DNA from: a virus | IMG/VR virus record: IMGVR_UViG_3300048924_000619 | Location: 1-64,000 of that record | Length of the DNA: 64,000 nt | Reading direction: 5' to 3' (one strand) | Shown here: positions 47,317 through 57,400 of the stretch, one piece after another | Layout: every line of letters starts with the position of its first letter | How positions within the stretch are numbered: position 1 is the stretch's first letter | Notes under the pieces: generated by a model | The model's database searches: none | What the model was told of the DNA's origin: nothing | Seen by the model: only the letters and a program-made list of their open reading frames with translations | Translations under genes and position numbers: made by a program

Positions 47317-48122
47317 TGACCATCCTCCCGAAGCTCTGGCACCCGACTGCGCGGCCCAGCGGGACCTGGGAAACCTGCATGTGGGAGAACGATCCCTATG
47401 TGGGCTACGGGCACGCCGCCCACGGCCGTGCCCGGCCGATGGAGTGGCAGATCTTCGCCGATCCGACGGAACAGGCACTCAACGTCTTCTCCAACCCGGT
47501 CGCGGGCGAGTTGGCGATCACGCCGGCGGCGATCAGCGGCACTGGCGGGAACTTCGTCGCGCCGTTCCCACCGGGATCTGGACCTGGCGGGATCGACCCC
47601 ATCCTCGCGCAGGGTACGCCCTTCACCCGCGCCAGCGGCCTGATCACCTCGCGCCGCACCTTCTCCCAGACCAACGGCACATTCTCGTACGAGGCAATCT
47701 TTCCCCAGGTTGGAGACGGCGGGGCCTTCTCTGCCGGGTGGCTCGTCAATCTGGACACCCACAAGGAGATCGACATGCCGGAGGTGCTCTCGGGGCGTCC
47801 TCGGCAAATAGAATACAATATCCTGAGCGGCGGTAATCAGTTCGGGACGGTGATCAGCGGGAACCGCATCATCGTCATGCCGTCGACGTGGGATCCGAGC
47901 GTCTATCACGAACACAAGATCCTCTGGGACGCGACGCTTGTGGCCTTCTTCCTCGACGGGATCGAGCGCTACCGGATCAATCACGGCGGCGTTCTCATCG
48001 ACCCGCTGTACTGGGTCTTCAACAACTCGGCGCTCTATGACTGGGGCGACTACGTCACGCCCCCCGCGGCCGGCTTCATCGGAACGCCGATGAAGGTCCG
48101 CAAGGTGCGCGTCAAAGCGTAG
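47316..48122 (+). CDS. GH16-family glycoside hydrolase-like protein
   Basis: 'SGLITS...FSQTNG..AGW...EIDMPE...YHE..ILWD....FFLDG'. Confidence 0.8.
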   Translation: MTILPKLWHPTARPSGTWETCMWENDPYVGYGHAAHGRARPMEWQIFADPTEQALNVFSNPVAGELAITPAAISGTGGNFVAPFPPGSGPGGIDPILAQGTPFTRASGLITSRRTFSQTNGTFSYEAIFPQVGDGGAFSAGWLVNLDTHKEIDMPEVLSGRPRQIEYNILSGGNQFGTVISGNRIIVMPSTWDPSVYHEHKILWDATLVAFFLDGIERYRINHGGVLIDPLYWVFNNSALYDWGDYVTPPAAGFIGTPMKVRKVRVKA

Positions 48123-48139
48123 GCGTAGGCGAGGCGGAT

Positions 48140-49219
48140 CTAAGCGACCGCCTCGTCCGCCGCCCGGCCGACCTGCGGCTGGCGCTGACCGTACCGGAAC
48201 CGGTCCTTCAGCTTCAGAATGGGTTGCTCGAGCACCACCCACGACAGCGACGCGATAGCGACGGCGACAAGGAAGCATGCCGCGATGCGCGGGTAGATGG
48301 TCAGGCTGTCGTGGCTAAGCCGATCGACCAGCAGGGCGGCCACGCCATGATAGAGGTAGAGGCCGTAGGAGCGGCGACCGAGGTACTGCAGCGGCGCCCA
48401 GTTCAGCCAAGCAAAGCGGCGCTCATGCTGGCGCTGGACAACCGCGCCGAGGATAGCGAACGAGAACAGCCCGACTGCGAGGTTGAAGCCGACGCCGATG
48501 AGCGGCAGGTGGGACCGGCCCACCGTGATGGCCGCGTATCCAAGCAGGCCCGACACACCGATTAGCGCCAGCGTCTTGGTCGGAATACGATCGGTCTGCG
48601 TGATCGACGCGAGCAGGGCGCCCAAGCACAAGGTGTCCAGGCAGGACGGGAGCAGCACAGCGCTCTGGGTCTGGAGGTCGAAGCCTGCGAGGCCAAGGCC
48701 GAGGCGGAACGCGAGCGAGATCCCGATCAGGCCGAAGAGCAGGGGCCGAAACGCGGCGCGCGGCGTTAGGAACACGACCGCAGGCCACAGAAGATAGAAC
48801 TGCTCTTCGACGGCCAGGGACCAGAGGTGGCCGGTGGCGTGACCCCATTCCGCATTCTTGAAGACGTAGAAGTTGGAGAGGTAGGCTAGGTGCCACGGCA
48901 TGCCGGATGCGAGGTGGTGGCCGAGTAGGCCTGCCACGATGAACACCGCCAGCAGAGCGTAGTAGGGCGGGAAGATCCGCAGCGTTCGGCGGGCGTAGAA
49001 GGTCTTCATCTCCTCCCAGAAGCTGTCGCCGGCGTCGAGCCGGCCTCGACCCTTCAGCAAGATACCGGTGATCAGGAAGCCGGAGATCACGAAGAATAGG
49101 CGGACGCCGAAGCCGCCGGGGCTGAACTGCTGGATCCAGGAGGGACCCCAATGGGTCAGCATCACGCCTGAGACCGCTAGGGCCCTGAGCCCGTCGATTT
49201 CGGTCCACTTCTTTTCCAC
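48140..49219 (-). CDS. Acyltransferase-3 (OafA/YrhL) polysaccharide O-acyltransferase, moron
   Basis: 'IDGLRALAV..H..GVRLFFVISGFLI..FYARR.LRIFP..HLWSLAVEEQFYLLWP..SYGLYLYH..E.P'. Confidence 0.93.
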   Translation of the reverse strand: MEKKWTEIDGLRALAVSGVMLTHWGPSWIQQFSPGGFGVRLFFVISGFLITGILLKGRGRLDAGDSFWEEMKTFYARRTLRIFPPYYALLAVFIVAGLLGHHLASGMPWHLAYLSNFYVFKNAEWGHATGHLWSLAVEEQFYLLWPAVVFLTPRAAFRPLLFGLIGISLAFRLGLGLAGFDLQTQSAVLLPSCLDTLCLGALLASITQTDRIPTKTLALIGVSGLLGYAAITVGRSHLPLIGVGFNLAVGLFSFAILGAVVQRQHERRFAWLNWAPLQYLGRRSYGLYLYHGVAALLVDRLSHDSLTIYPRIAACFLVAVAIASLSWVVLEQPILKLKDRFRYGQRQPQVGRAADEAVA

Positions 49220-49236
49220 GCGACGCCCCCGAAAAT

Positions 49237-49274
49237 GTCTACCGGCATACTAACCGCGCGAATGGCGATCGCAA
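49237..49274 (-). promoter_or_regulatory. Sigma70 promoter of acyltransferase overlapped by operator
   Basis: Minus strand TTGCGA-N16-TAGTAT; GTCTACCGGCATAC 49237-49250. Confidence 0.6.
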
Positions 49275-49340
49275 CCAAAAATTCAACCTTCGGCAGAGTG
49301 CCGACGATAAGGCCTGTCGTGACCGCATATTCGGATTGCG

Positions 49341-50984
49341 ATGGTCAAGTCGACGAATTCCAAAAAACAGATGGCGGCCGATCTCTCGGAGGCTCCTGAT
49401 GTCGAGCGCCATGACGAGATCTATTTCCGCCATGCGTCGGGTCCCAAAACAGGGAAGGTGCTCTCCCGCGGCGCGCACGGCTGCGTCATCGAAGCGGACG
49501 GCTCCAGACACAAGGTGCGGTGGGAGAACTTCCTCGGCCACAAGGTGCGCGTCCGGCCCGACGTAAGGGTCGTCGATAAGGGCGAGGATGGGTTCCTGGT
49601 CGAGAGCCGCGCCGGCGAGCGCCGGTTCGTGCGCGACCCGATGGGCGAGGTGAAGGCCGACGGCCCGGCGATGCGGAAGGCGCTGCGTCCTACCGTCCTG
49701 TTCTTTGCTGAGCCCGAAGTGCTCGCGAAAGCCATGGGAAGGGGGATCAAGAATCGGCCGGGCCTGAGCCTGCAGGACGTGACCGATAAGAGCGGCCGGC
49801 ACACCAAGCGCTGGAAGCGCTCCGGGGGCGATGCGGGCGGCGCCGATGGAGACGACGGCGAGGCCGGAGCTGAGCACGGCTATGGCACGCACAACCTGCG
49901 GCCCGGCGACCACGTGCAGTTCGAGGCGGGCGACTTCAGCGGTGAAGGCGAGATTGTCGGCGCGCCCGGCCGCGATGGCGCCTATGTCCGCGACAAGTCC
50001 GGGCGTGATCACCGCGTCCTTTGGTCAGAGGTGCGTGCCCACCGGCCGCAGCCAGGCGCGGCCGGCCCGAAGGCCGAGCACGAGGTGCGCGGCAGTCAGG
50101 ACCCCATCGAGCCCGACAAGTTCAGCGCCGCCGACTACGCGCGGTCGCACGACGACGACAAGGTGACGCCGGAGAGTGTGCTCAGCCACTTCCCGCCGGA
50201 CACCGGCGAAAAGATCCACGCGGCGCAGGATCGGCTGGCCACCCTCGAGGAGACCTACAAGACGCACCGCCTGACCGGCGAGGGCGAGGACTCGATCTAC
50301 GCCGACAGCCGGGCGCCCGTGCACGCCAGTGTGCTGTTCGAGCCCTGGACCGACCCGAAGGGGAAAACGCACCCGGGCATCCTGTCTCCGGAGGAGGTGG
50401 AGCGGGCGACTCCGAAGGACGGCGAACAGCCTACCTTCATGCTGCTTGGCGGCCGCGGCGGGTCCGGCAAGAGCAAGCTCAAGGGGCGCGTCTACGACCC
50501 GAGCAAGTACCTCGTCCTGGACGCCGACGAGTTCAAGCAGCGCCTCCCGGAATATGAGGGCTGGAACGCCGGGCAGGTGCACGAGGAGTCGTCCGACCTG
50601 TTGGAGCGCGCACTCTCGTTCGCGAAGCTGCACGGGCTGAACGTCGTGCTCGACGCGACCATGAAAACCTCCAAGGGCGCGATGAAGAAGGTCGATGCGT
50701 TCAAGGAGGCTGGATACCGGATCGAGGCGCATTACATGCACCTGCCGCGTCAGGAGGCCGCCAAGCGGGCCGTTTCCCGATTCCTGGGGGCAACGCAGCG
50801 CTACGTGCCGGTGGACGTCGTGCTTGGGAACACGTCCAACGAGCAGACATTTGACGAAGTGCGTAAGCACGCCGATGCTTGGTCCTTCCACGACAACAAC
50901 GTCGGCGAGAAGGACGAGCCAAAGCTCATTTCCAAGGGTGAGCAGTCCGCGGCCGTTGCGGCCGGGCGCCGCCATCGGTCTTGA
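49341..50984 (+). CDS. Virion-cargo-type protein with C-terminal zeta-toxin-like P-loop kinase
   Basis: 'PTFMLLGGRGGSGKS..VLDADEFK..LPEY..VHEESS..NVVLDATM..R..QRYVP'; late promoter 49316. Confidence 0.85.
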   Translation: MVKSTNSKKQMAADLSEAPDVERHDEIYFRHASGPKTGKVLSRGAHGCVIEADGSRHKVRWENFLGHKVRVRPDVRVVDKGEDGFLVESRAGERRFVRDPMGEVKADGPAMRKALRPTVLFFAEPEVLAKAMGRGIKNRPGLSLQDVTDKSGRHTKRWKRSGGDAGGADGDDGEAGAEHGYGTHNLRPGDHVQFEAGDFSGEGEIVGAPGRDGAYVRDKSGRDHRVLWSEVRAHRPQPGAAGPKAEHEVRGSQDPIEPDKFSAADYARSHDDDKVTPESVLSHFPPDTGEKIHAAQDRLATLEETYKTHRLTGEGEDSIYADSRAPVHASVLFEPWTDPKGKTHPGILSPEEVERATPKDGEQPTFMLLGGRGGSGKSKLKGRVYDPSKYLVLDADEFKQRLPEYEGWNAGQVHEESSDLLERALSFAKLHGLNVVLDATMKTSKGAMKKVDAFKEAGYRIEAHYMHLPRQEAAKRAVSRFLGATQRYVPVDVVLGNTSNEQTFDEVRKHADAWSFHDNNVGEKDEPKLISKGEQSAAVAAGRRHRS

Positions 50985-51009
50985 CAGCGAATGTCTACCG
51001 GTATACGCG
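50981..51009 (+). promoter_or_regulatory. Internal TTGACA promoter overlapped by operator GTCTACCGGTATAC
   Basis: TTGACA 50981 (overlaps zeta stop), operator 50993-51006. Confidence 0.6.
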
Positions 51010-51034
51010 TGAATTGAGGCCAAGGGTTAGAGAG

Positions 51035-51184
51035 ATGGATAGGCCAGAAATCTACGACGACTACGACGTGCGGCCCGGCCCGGATAAGGTCCGGCCTGAA
51101 GCCGACGCCTACTGGGCGAAGGTCATGGCGGCGGCCAAGAAGCCTGCCGAGACCAAGCCCCAGAAGAAGCGGCGGGCGGCCTGA
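51035..51184 (+). CDS. 49-aa protein, candidate antitoxin
   Basis: ATG 51035 after purine-rich RBS; TGATG coupling to HD gene. Confidence 0.55.
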   Translation: MDRPEIYDDYDVRPGPDKVRPEADAYWAKVMAAAKKPAETKPQKKRRAA

Positions 51185-51747
51185 TGCTGTCGAGCCGGTA
51201 CGCAGACGCCGTCGCCTACGCGACCGACGCGCACGCCGGACAGGTCCGCAAAGGGACCTCGATCCCCTACATCACGCACCCCATCGCGGTTTCTGCGCTC
51301 GTCCTGGAGTTCGGCGGCGACGAGGACTTGGCCATAGCGGGCGTTCTGCACGACGTGGTCGAGGACTGCGGCGTGACGGTGGACGACCTGATGGGGAAGT
51401 TCGGTGAACGGGTCGCGGACCTCGTTGAGGCCTGCACCGACGGCGTACCGGACGAGACCGGCCGCAAGCCAGCATGGCGGACCCGCAAGGAGACCTACCT
51501 TAGCCACCTGCAGACCGCATCCGCCGACCTCCTGCTCGTCTCGATCTGCGACAAGATCCACAATGCACGGGCTATCGAAGCGGATCGGTCCACCATCGGC
51601 GACGCGGTGTTCGACCGCTTCACAGCCGGCCGGGCCGGGACCTACTGGTACTATTGGGCCCTGCACGACGTCTTCAAGGCGCGGCTTGGTGAGATGGCGG
51701 CGCCGGTCGTCGCGCTGCGCACGGCGCTGAACCGCACCTACAACTAA
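51184..51747 (+). CDS. SpoT/Mesh1-like HD-domain hydrolase (small alarmone hydrolase-like)
   Basis: 'AHAGQVRKGTSIPYITHPIAV..AGVLHDVVED..FGERVADLVEACTD..DKIHN'. Confidence 0.9.
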   Translation: MLSSRYADAVAYATDAHAGQVRKGTSIPYITHPIAVSALVLEFGGDEDLAIAGVLHDVVEDCGVTVDDLMGKFGERVADLVEACTDGVPDETGRKPAWRTRKETYLSHLQTASADLLLVSICDKIHNARAIEADRSTIGDAVFDRFTAGRAGTYWYYWALHDVFKARLGEMAAPVVALRTALNRTYN

Positions 51748-51778
51748 GCCTCTCCTGTCGTGACCTTAGCGTCGGCTC

Positions 51779-52939
51779 ATGGGCCGACCGCTTCTTCTCG
51801 ACATCGCCTGCCTTTGCGACGAGCACAGCGACGCTGCGCTTGAGGGGATCTACAAGGCGATCGGCGAAGAGCCGCCTGACGGCGACATCTGGGCCGAGCA
51901 TCCGAATCCCTTCGTCCGACGCATCGTCGAGCTCTTTACGCAGCGTGGCCTCGACCGCATCCAGGGCCTGCGCGCCGAGCTGACGCGCTGGCTGCGTGGC
52001 GAAGAGCATCAATCGACGCCTGAAGCTCCAACCCTGCGCCCCGATGGCGCGATGCGCCGCTGGGACGCGACCGAGCTTGGCGTCGTCCGCCTCTATCTCC
52101 GCAACCTGCCGGCCGGCGAGTTCGCGATCGACGACTGGATGCTGCTCGTTGACTACCTCGTGCAGCGCTACCTGCCGGAGGCGGACCTCCGCAGCGAAGC
52201 CGACTGGTTGGCCACGCGCTCCGGGCTCATGGGTCGCGTGCAGGCTGCGATGGGCGAGGCCAAGCCGGAGCAAGTGGACGTCATCCTGGCGACGCTCCCG
52301 AGCCTTGAGGACGCTATCGCCAGCTGGGGCATGACGGCGCCGCAGCGAGCGGCCATCGACTACGGGCGGGCGCGCTGCGCCGAGAGCGTCACGGGCCTCG
52401 CCGATTCCACCCGCCACCGGCTCCGGCGGATGGTGGTCGACCATCAAGAGGCGATCCACCTCGGCGATCGCGCCGCCGCAGCGCACGACATCCAGACGAA
52501 GCTGCTCGACGAATTCGGCCTCCTATCGCGCGACTGGCGGCGCATCGCCGTCACAGAGGCCACCGAAAACACCAATCAGGGCTTCATCGCCTCCATGCCG
52601 CCAGGCGCGCGGGTGCGCCGCGTCGAAAAGTACCGCGGGGCCTGCCCGTTCTGCCGCTCAATCGACGGGAAGGTCGTCACGGTCGTCTCGCCGACGGCGC
52701 CGGACAAGGACGGCGAGACGCAGATCTGGGTCGGAAAGACGAACGTCGGCCGGTCGGCCAGCCCGCGCAAGCGCGCCGGCGGAGCGCTCGTCGAGCGGGA
52801 GCCTCACGAAATGTGGTGGGTCGCCGCTGGCGCGATGCATCCGCACTGCCGCGGGGCCTGGGTCAAGGCCGGCGGTGCGTCGGCGGATCCAGAGTTTGAA
52901 GCCTTCCTCGAAAACCTCGGAAAGCGGAAGTCCACATGA
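51779..52939 (+). CDS. MuF/SPP1 gp7-like head morphogenesis (minor capsid) protein
   Basis: 'RDWRRIAVTE..ACPFC..G..HPHCRG'; leaderless late promoter 51757. Confidence 0.8.
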   Translation: MGRPLLLDIACLCDEHSDAALEGIYKAIGEEPPDGDIWAEHPNPFVRRIVELFTQRGLDRIQGLRAELTRWLRGEEHQSTPEAPTLRPDGAMRRWDATELGVVRLYLRNLPAGEFAIDDWMLLVDYLVQRYLPEADLRSEADWLATRSGLMGRVQAAMGEAKPEQVDVILATLPSLEDAIASWGMTAPQRAAIDYGRARCAESVTGLADSTRHRLRRMVVDHQEAIHLGDRAAAAHDIQTKLLDEFGLLSRDWRRIAVTEATENTNQGFIASMPPGARVRRVEKYRGACPFCRSIDGKVVTVVSPTAPDKDGETQIWVGKTNVGRSASPRKRAGGALVEREPHEMWWVAAGAMHPHCRGAWVKAGGASADPEFEAFLENLGKRKST

Positions 52940-53178
52940 GGAACAACGTCAACGGCGACGATATCAAGGTGAGCCGCGGGTCGCTCGCCGACCACATGGA
53001 CGCATACGACGCCCTGCCTCCGCGCATCCGCTGCCTTCTGGCAGGAATGTCGATCAACTGGAATGGTCACAACGTCCTGAAGGTCTACGACCTCCACGGC
53101 GAGCAGACGACGGCTGCGCTGCTGATGAAGACGGAAGCAGACGTCCAGAACGCCTACCGCGAACGGCTCCGCCTGTGA
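52936..53178 (+). CDS. Small hypothetical protein (DUF6525-like)
   Basis: 'MDAYDALPPRIR..L...W'. Confidence 0.6.
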   Translation: MRNNVNGDDIKVSRGSLADHMDAYDALPPRIRCLLAGMSINWNGHNVLKVYDLHGEQTTAALLMKTEADVQNAYRERLRL

Positions 53179-53687
53179 GCCTCCCCGTTGTCTTGCTTCG
53201 GCTGGATCTGACCGAACCCAGTCAGGCCCAACTGCGGTCTGGGCGCTACCCGAAGCGGCGCGTGCAGTGGAAGGGGCTGACGCTCGCGATCGAGAACGAG
53301 GCGGGGACCTATCGGCGCGGCCGCAAGCCGGACGGGGCCGAATGGGAAACGCTGATGCACTTCGCCTACGGCGAGGTGCTGCGGACCGAGGGCGTCGACG
53401 GAGATCCGGTTGACGTGTTCCTCGGGCCCTTCATGGAAGTCGCGCCGCTGGTCTACGTCATCCACCAGCGCAAGGTCGGCGCCTGGGACGAATACGACGA
53501 GGATAAGTGCATGCTCGGCTTCATGTCAGAGCAGGACGCGATTGACGCCTTCCTGTCGTCCTATGATGACCCGCGGTTCCTGGGCCCGATTACCCCGATG
53601 CCAGTGGCGGAGTTCGTAGCGAAGGCGAGGGCGACCCGCACGGCGCCGGCGATGATCAAGGCCGCGCCTCTTCTCATTTTCCCCTGA
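53175..53687 (+). CDS. Inorganic-pyrophosphatase-like (InPase) domain protein of phage polyvalent systems
   Basis: GTG 53175; 'IENEAGTYRRG..W...YG....GVDGDPVDVFLGP..DEDKCMLGF'. Confidence 0.85.
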   Translation: MSLPVVLLRLDLTEPSQAQLRSGRYPKRRVQWKGLTLAIENEAGTYRRGRKPDGAEWETLMHFAYGEVLRTEGVDGDPVDVFLGPFMEVAPLVYVIHQRKVGAWDEYDEDKCMLGFMSEQDAIDAFLSSYDDPRFLGPITPMPVAEFVAKARATRTAPAMIKAAPLLIFP

Positions 53688-53690
53688 ACA

Positions 53691-53724
53691 AAGAAAAAGC
53701 CGGGCGAGGTGACTCGCCCGGCTT
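53691..53724. terminator. Terminator between convergent genes
   Basis: AAGCCGGGCGAG-GTGA-CTCGCCCGGCTT with A-run on the 5' side. Confidence 0.8.
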
Positions 53725-53746
53725 CTGCTTGCGCGCTGTCCGCTGA

Positions 53747-54304
53747 TTAGGCGGCGGCAGGCTCCGCGGCCGGATCGGCGTCGGCAGGGGCTTCCGGAGC
53801 CGGATCGGCGACCGGAGCTTCCTCGGGGGCGTCGGCCGGAGCGTCCGCGACCGGGGTTTCCACCGGAGCTTCAACCGGGGCGTCGACCGGGGCCGGCTCG
53901 GGCGCCGGTTCCGGGGCGGGCTCGGGGGCCGGGGTGGGTTCCGGCGTCGGGACCACGTCGGACCCGGAGCTGCCGGCGACCGTATCGCTGCCCGCGGGGG
54001 CGGCCACGGTGTCTTCGCCTTCGATCAGGCCGTCGATGGTCTTCAGGCCGGCGTCGACGTCGTCGGCGCGGCTTTCGAGGGCGCCCGTACGCGCCTCCAC
54101 GGCGGCGAGGCGGGCTTCCACCGCGCCAAGGGCGGCGGCGACGGCGTCTTCAGCCTGGGCGGTGATCGAGGCGGTGATAGTGCCTTCGAACTGTTGGAGC
54201 TCGTTGGTCAGTTCGAGGATCTCGCTGCGCGCGACGTCGTCGACGCTCGAGGCGTGCAGGATCTTCTGCAGGGCGACGCCGATGCGGGTGTAGATGCTGG
54301 GCAT
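53747..54304 (-). CDS. Coiled-coil protein with acidic Pro/Ala-rich tail
   Basis: ATG 54304 with GGAGA RBS, minus-strand late promoter 54373-54366; PEPAPEPAP repeats. Confidence 0.7.
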   Translation of the reverse strand: MPSIYTRIGVALQKILHASSVDDVARSEILELTNELQQFEGTITASITAQAEDAVAAALGAVEARLAAVEARTGALESRADDVDAGLKTIDGLIEGEDTVAAPAGSDTVAGSSGSDVVPTPEPTPAPEPAPEPAPEPAPVDAPVEAPVETPVADAPADAPEEAPVADPAPEAPADADPAAEPAAA

Positions 54305-54357
54305 GTGGTGAAATTCTCCGGGATGGAATCGGGTGAGGGGCCCCCTCAGGCCGACCG

Positions 54358-54428
54358 ACCTTCCTGTCACGACGCTCTGGTCTAGGTGTCGCGTGTAGCT
54401 GAGCGGTCGTGACCCGAATCTCGGGTCA
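54358..54428. promoter_or_regulatory. Back-to-back late promoters
   Basis: Minus: GTCGTGAC-agg-A-agg-T; plus: GTCGTGAC-ccg-A-atc-T-N6-ATG. Confidence 0.75.
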
Positions 54429-57400
54429 TGCTGCTGCTCCTGATGAAGGCCGATCAGCTCGGCCTGTTCGAAAAGCTCGTGCCCGTGAAGGCGAGCATCA
54501 GCTCGTCTGGCCGTCTGATCTCCGCGCACACGGCGATCCGGCACGTCCGGCGCGTCGAGCCGACGAAGCGCCATGCCGAGGTGCTCGACCTCTTCGGACA
54601 CGCGCCGCAGCCGAAGCCGGCCCTGGTCACGCCGAAGAAGCCCGCGCCGGCACCGCAGGCGGACCTGTTCGAGCATCGGCCGGATCCGCCGAAAGCCGAC
54701 CTCAACGGCATGATGGCGCGGTCGCGCGATCAGCGCTTGGCGCGCGAGGCCAAGGCGAAGGAGATCGGTGCCGGCGTCGGGTCGGTCAAGCTGAAGCATG
54801 CTGACGGTCGCGCCGCGCTGCTTTCCCCGGATCTGCAACGCGACGGCGGCTGGCGATTCACCCGCCTGGATGCCGACGGGCCGGTGGGCCACTCCGAGTA
54901 CGACAGCAAGGAGGCCGCCGCTGCGGAGGCGCTGCGTGCCGGGTACTCAACCGACGCGCCGGAAGCGATCCAGCCGCACGCGCCGTTAGAACCGGCGGTC
55001 AGCCTCCAAAATCAATTACCCGCCTCCGGAATCGATTACTCCGAGGGCCTGCCGGCCGAGCTTCCTGCTTTCGGCGTCGCGCCGGGGACGACCAAGGGCG
55101 AGCGACGGGCGATCAATGCGCTGGCCGCCTCAATGGTCAACGGCCGGAAGTCCCTGCTCGACGAGGCGCCGGCACCGGTCAATCCGGAGGTGCTCCGTCA
55201 ATATTCGGGCTGGGGCGGCTGCGGCGACAGCCTGAACGAGTTCTACACCGATCCGAACGTGGCCGCGGCCATGTGGTCCGTCCTCCATCGCATGGGCCTG
55301 GGGGAGGGCGCGAGCGTCCTGGAGCCGTCCTGCGGCACGGGCGTCTTCCTCGAGCTGGCGCCGAAGGGCGTCAAGGTCACAGGAGTCGAGCTCGACGAAA
55401 CCAGCTCCAAGATCGCGGCCACCCTGCACCCGACCCACGAGGTGGTGAATTCCGCCCTCGAGGCTTTCGCGACGACCGACACGCGCCAGTTCGACGCGGT
55501 GATCGGCAACCCGCCGTTCGGCGATAGCCGTGGCTCCCTGGTTGCGGCCGACAAGCCGGACATCAGCCGGCCCGAGCAATATTTCGTCGATACCGCGCTG
55601 GACAAGGCGCGCGCCGGCGGCCTGGTCGCGCTCGTGCTGCCGACCGGGATCTTGGACAGTCGGTCTGCGCGCAAGCTGCGGGATCGCTGGATCCGCAAGG
55701 GCCAATTCCTCGGCGCCCTGCGCATGCCGAACACCGCGTTCGAGGCCAGCCACACGGGCGTGACCACGGACGTCGTGTTCTTCCGCAAGCGGCCAGACGA
55801 GGTCGCCGGCGCGCTGTCCGTGGTCGATCGCGACACCCTGAAACTGCTCGGCGCCTGGGACGAGGAATTCGTCGGCGGCGGCTACTTCAGCGGCCGCGGT
55901 GAGGGCAACATCCTTGGCACGCTGGAAGCCGGGTGGCGCTCCAAGGCCGGCATGGGCGACGACATCACCGTGGCAGGGTCGATGGTGGGCGTCCCGGAGG
56001 CGATCGCCAGCTTTGAGCCTGAACAGCCGTCGGGCCCGACGGGCGTGGAGGAGGTGCTCGGCGCCGTCCAGGACCAGGATCTGAAGGCTCGCATCCGCGG
56101 CGCGGCCGCGCGCAAGCCCTACGATCAGGCGAAGCGCGGCGACACCCGGGTCATCGACGGCGTGACGTACGTCCTGGAGGGCTCGCCGCTCCGCTGGCAT
56201 CGCGTGGACGAGTTCATGGCGGAGCAGGCCGTCGTCGACGCCGGCGCGCTCGGCGCCGACATCGAACGCGCGGTGCAGGGCGAAGACGTGCCCGGCCTGG
56301 CGGACCGCGTTCGCGCCTATGTCTCGGCGCACGGGATCCCGGCGAAGAATCCGAACCTCGTCATAGCGGCAAAGCAGGACAAGGCGATATATCGCCTGCT
56401 CGGCGCCGTTAAGCAGGACGGCTCGCTCTCTGACGTTGTCGAGGGCCGTCGCGAGTCCGCCGCCGTCTCCAACTTTGACACGGCGGCGAAGACCCTCGCC
56501 CTGGAAGTCGGCTACTTCTCGCCCTCCATGGTCGCCGGCCGCTGGCATGGCGGGACCGAGGATGTGGTGCTCGACCACCTCTATGCCTCGCCAGACTATG
56601 CGATCGATCCGCGCAGCGGGACCTGGACGAGCCTCGACCAGTACCTCTCCGGCGAGCTCTGGCCGAAGTACGACGACGCGAAAGCGGCGCTGGCCGAATC
56701 CGACTTGAAGCCGGAAGACCGGGCGAAGATCGAACGCCAGCTGGCCGCGCTGGACGAGGCGATTGCGCCGAAGTCGCTGGAGGACGTCGAGATCCAGGTG
56801 AATAGCGGCTTCGTGCCGCTGAACGTCGTGTCGGCTTTCTTCAACGAGGTCCACCCGTCGAGCTACGGCGACAAGACGCCGATGACCATCACCTATGACG
56901 AGGGCGTCTTCGCCGTCATGGGTGGCGGCTACGAGGCGCACACGCTGCGCAAGTACCTGAACCGCGACGGCGTGCGGAAGGACGACGATCTGCCGACGAT
57001 CGAACGGTGGAACCGGGCATTCAAGGAGTGGCTCTGCGCCTCCGCCTATCGCGACGAGGTCGAGGAGCTCTACAACCGGAAATTCCGAGGCTTCCGCCAG
57101 AAGGCCTATTCGGAGGAAGCGTTCGAGGTTCCAGGCCTGCGGTCCGACGGCCTGAAGAGCTACCAGTGGAGCGGGCTGCGCTGGGCTCTGGAGGCCGGCA
57201 AGGGGATCATCGCGGCCGACGTTGGCCTGGGGAAGACGGCCCGCGCGCTGATCCTCAACAAGCTGATGAAGATCACGGGGCAGGCCAAGCGCCCCATGAT
57301 CGTGGTCCCGAAGTCCGTGGCGGCCAACTGGATGCGCGAGGCGGAGAAGTGGTTCCCCGGCTCGTCCGTCATGGTGATCGGCGAGACCTACAGCCGCGAC

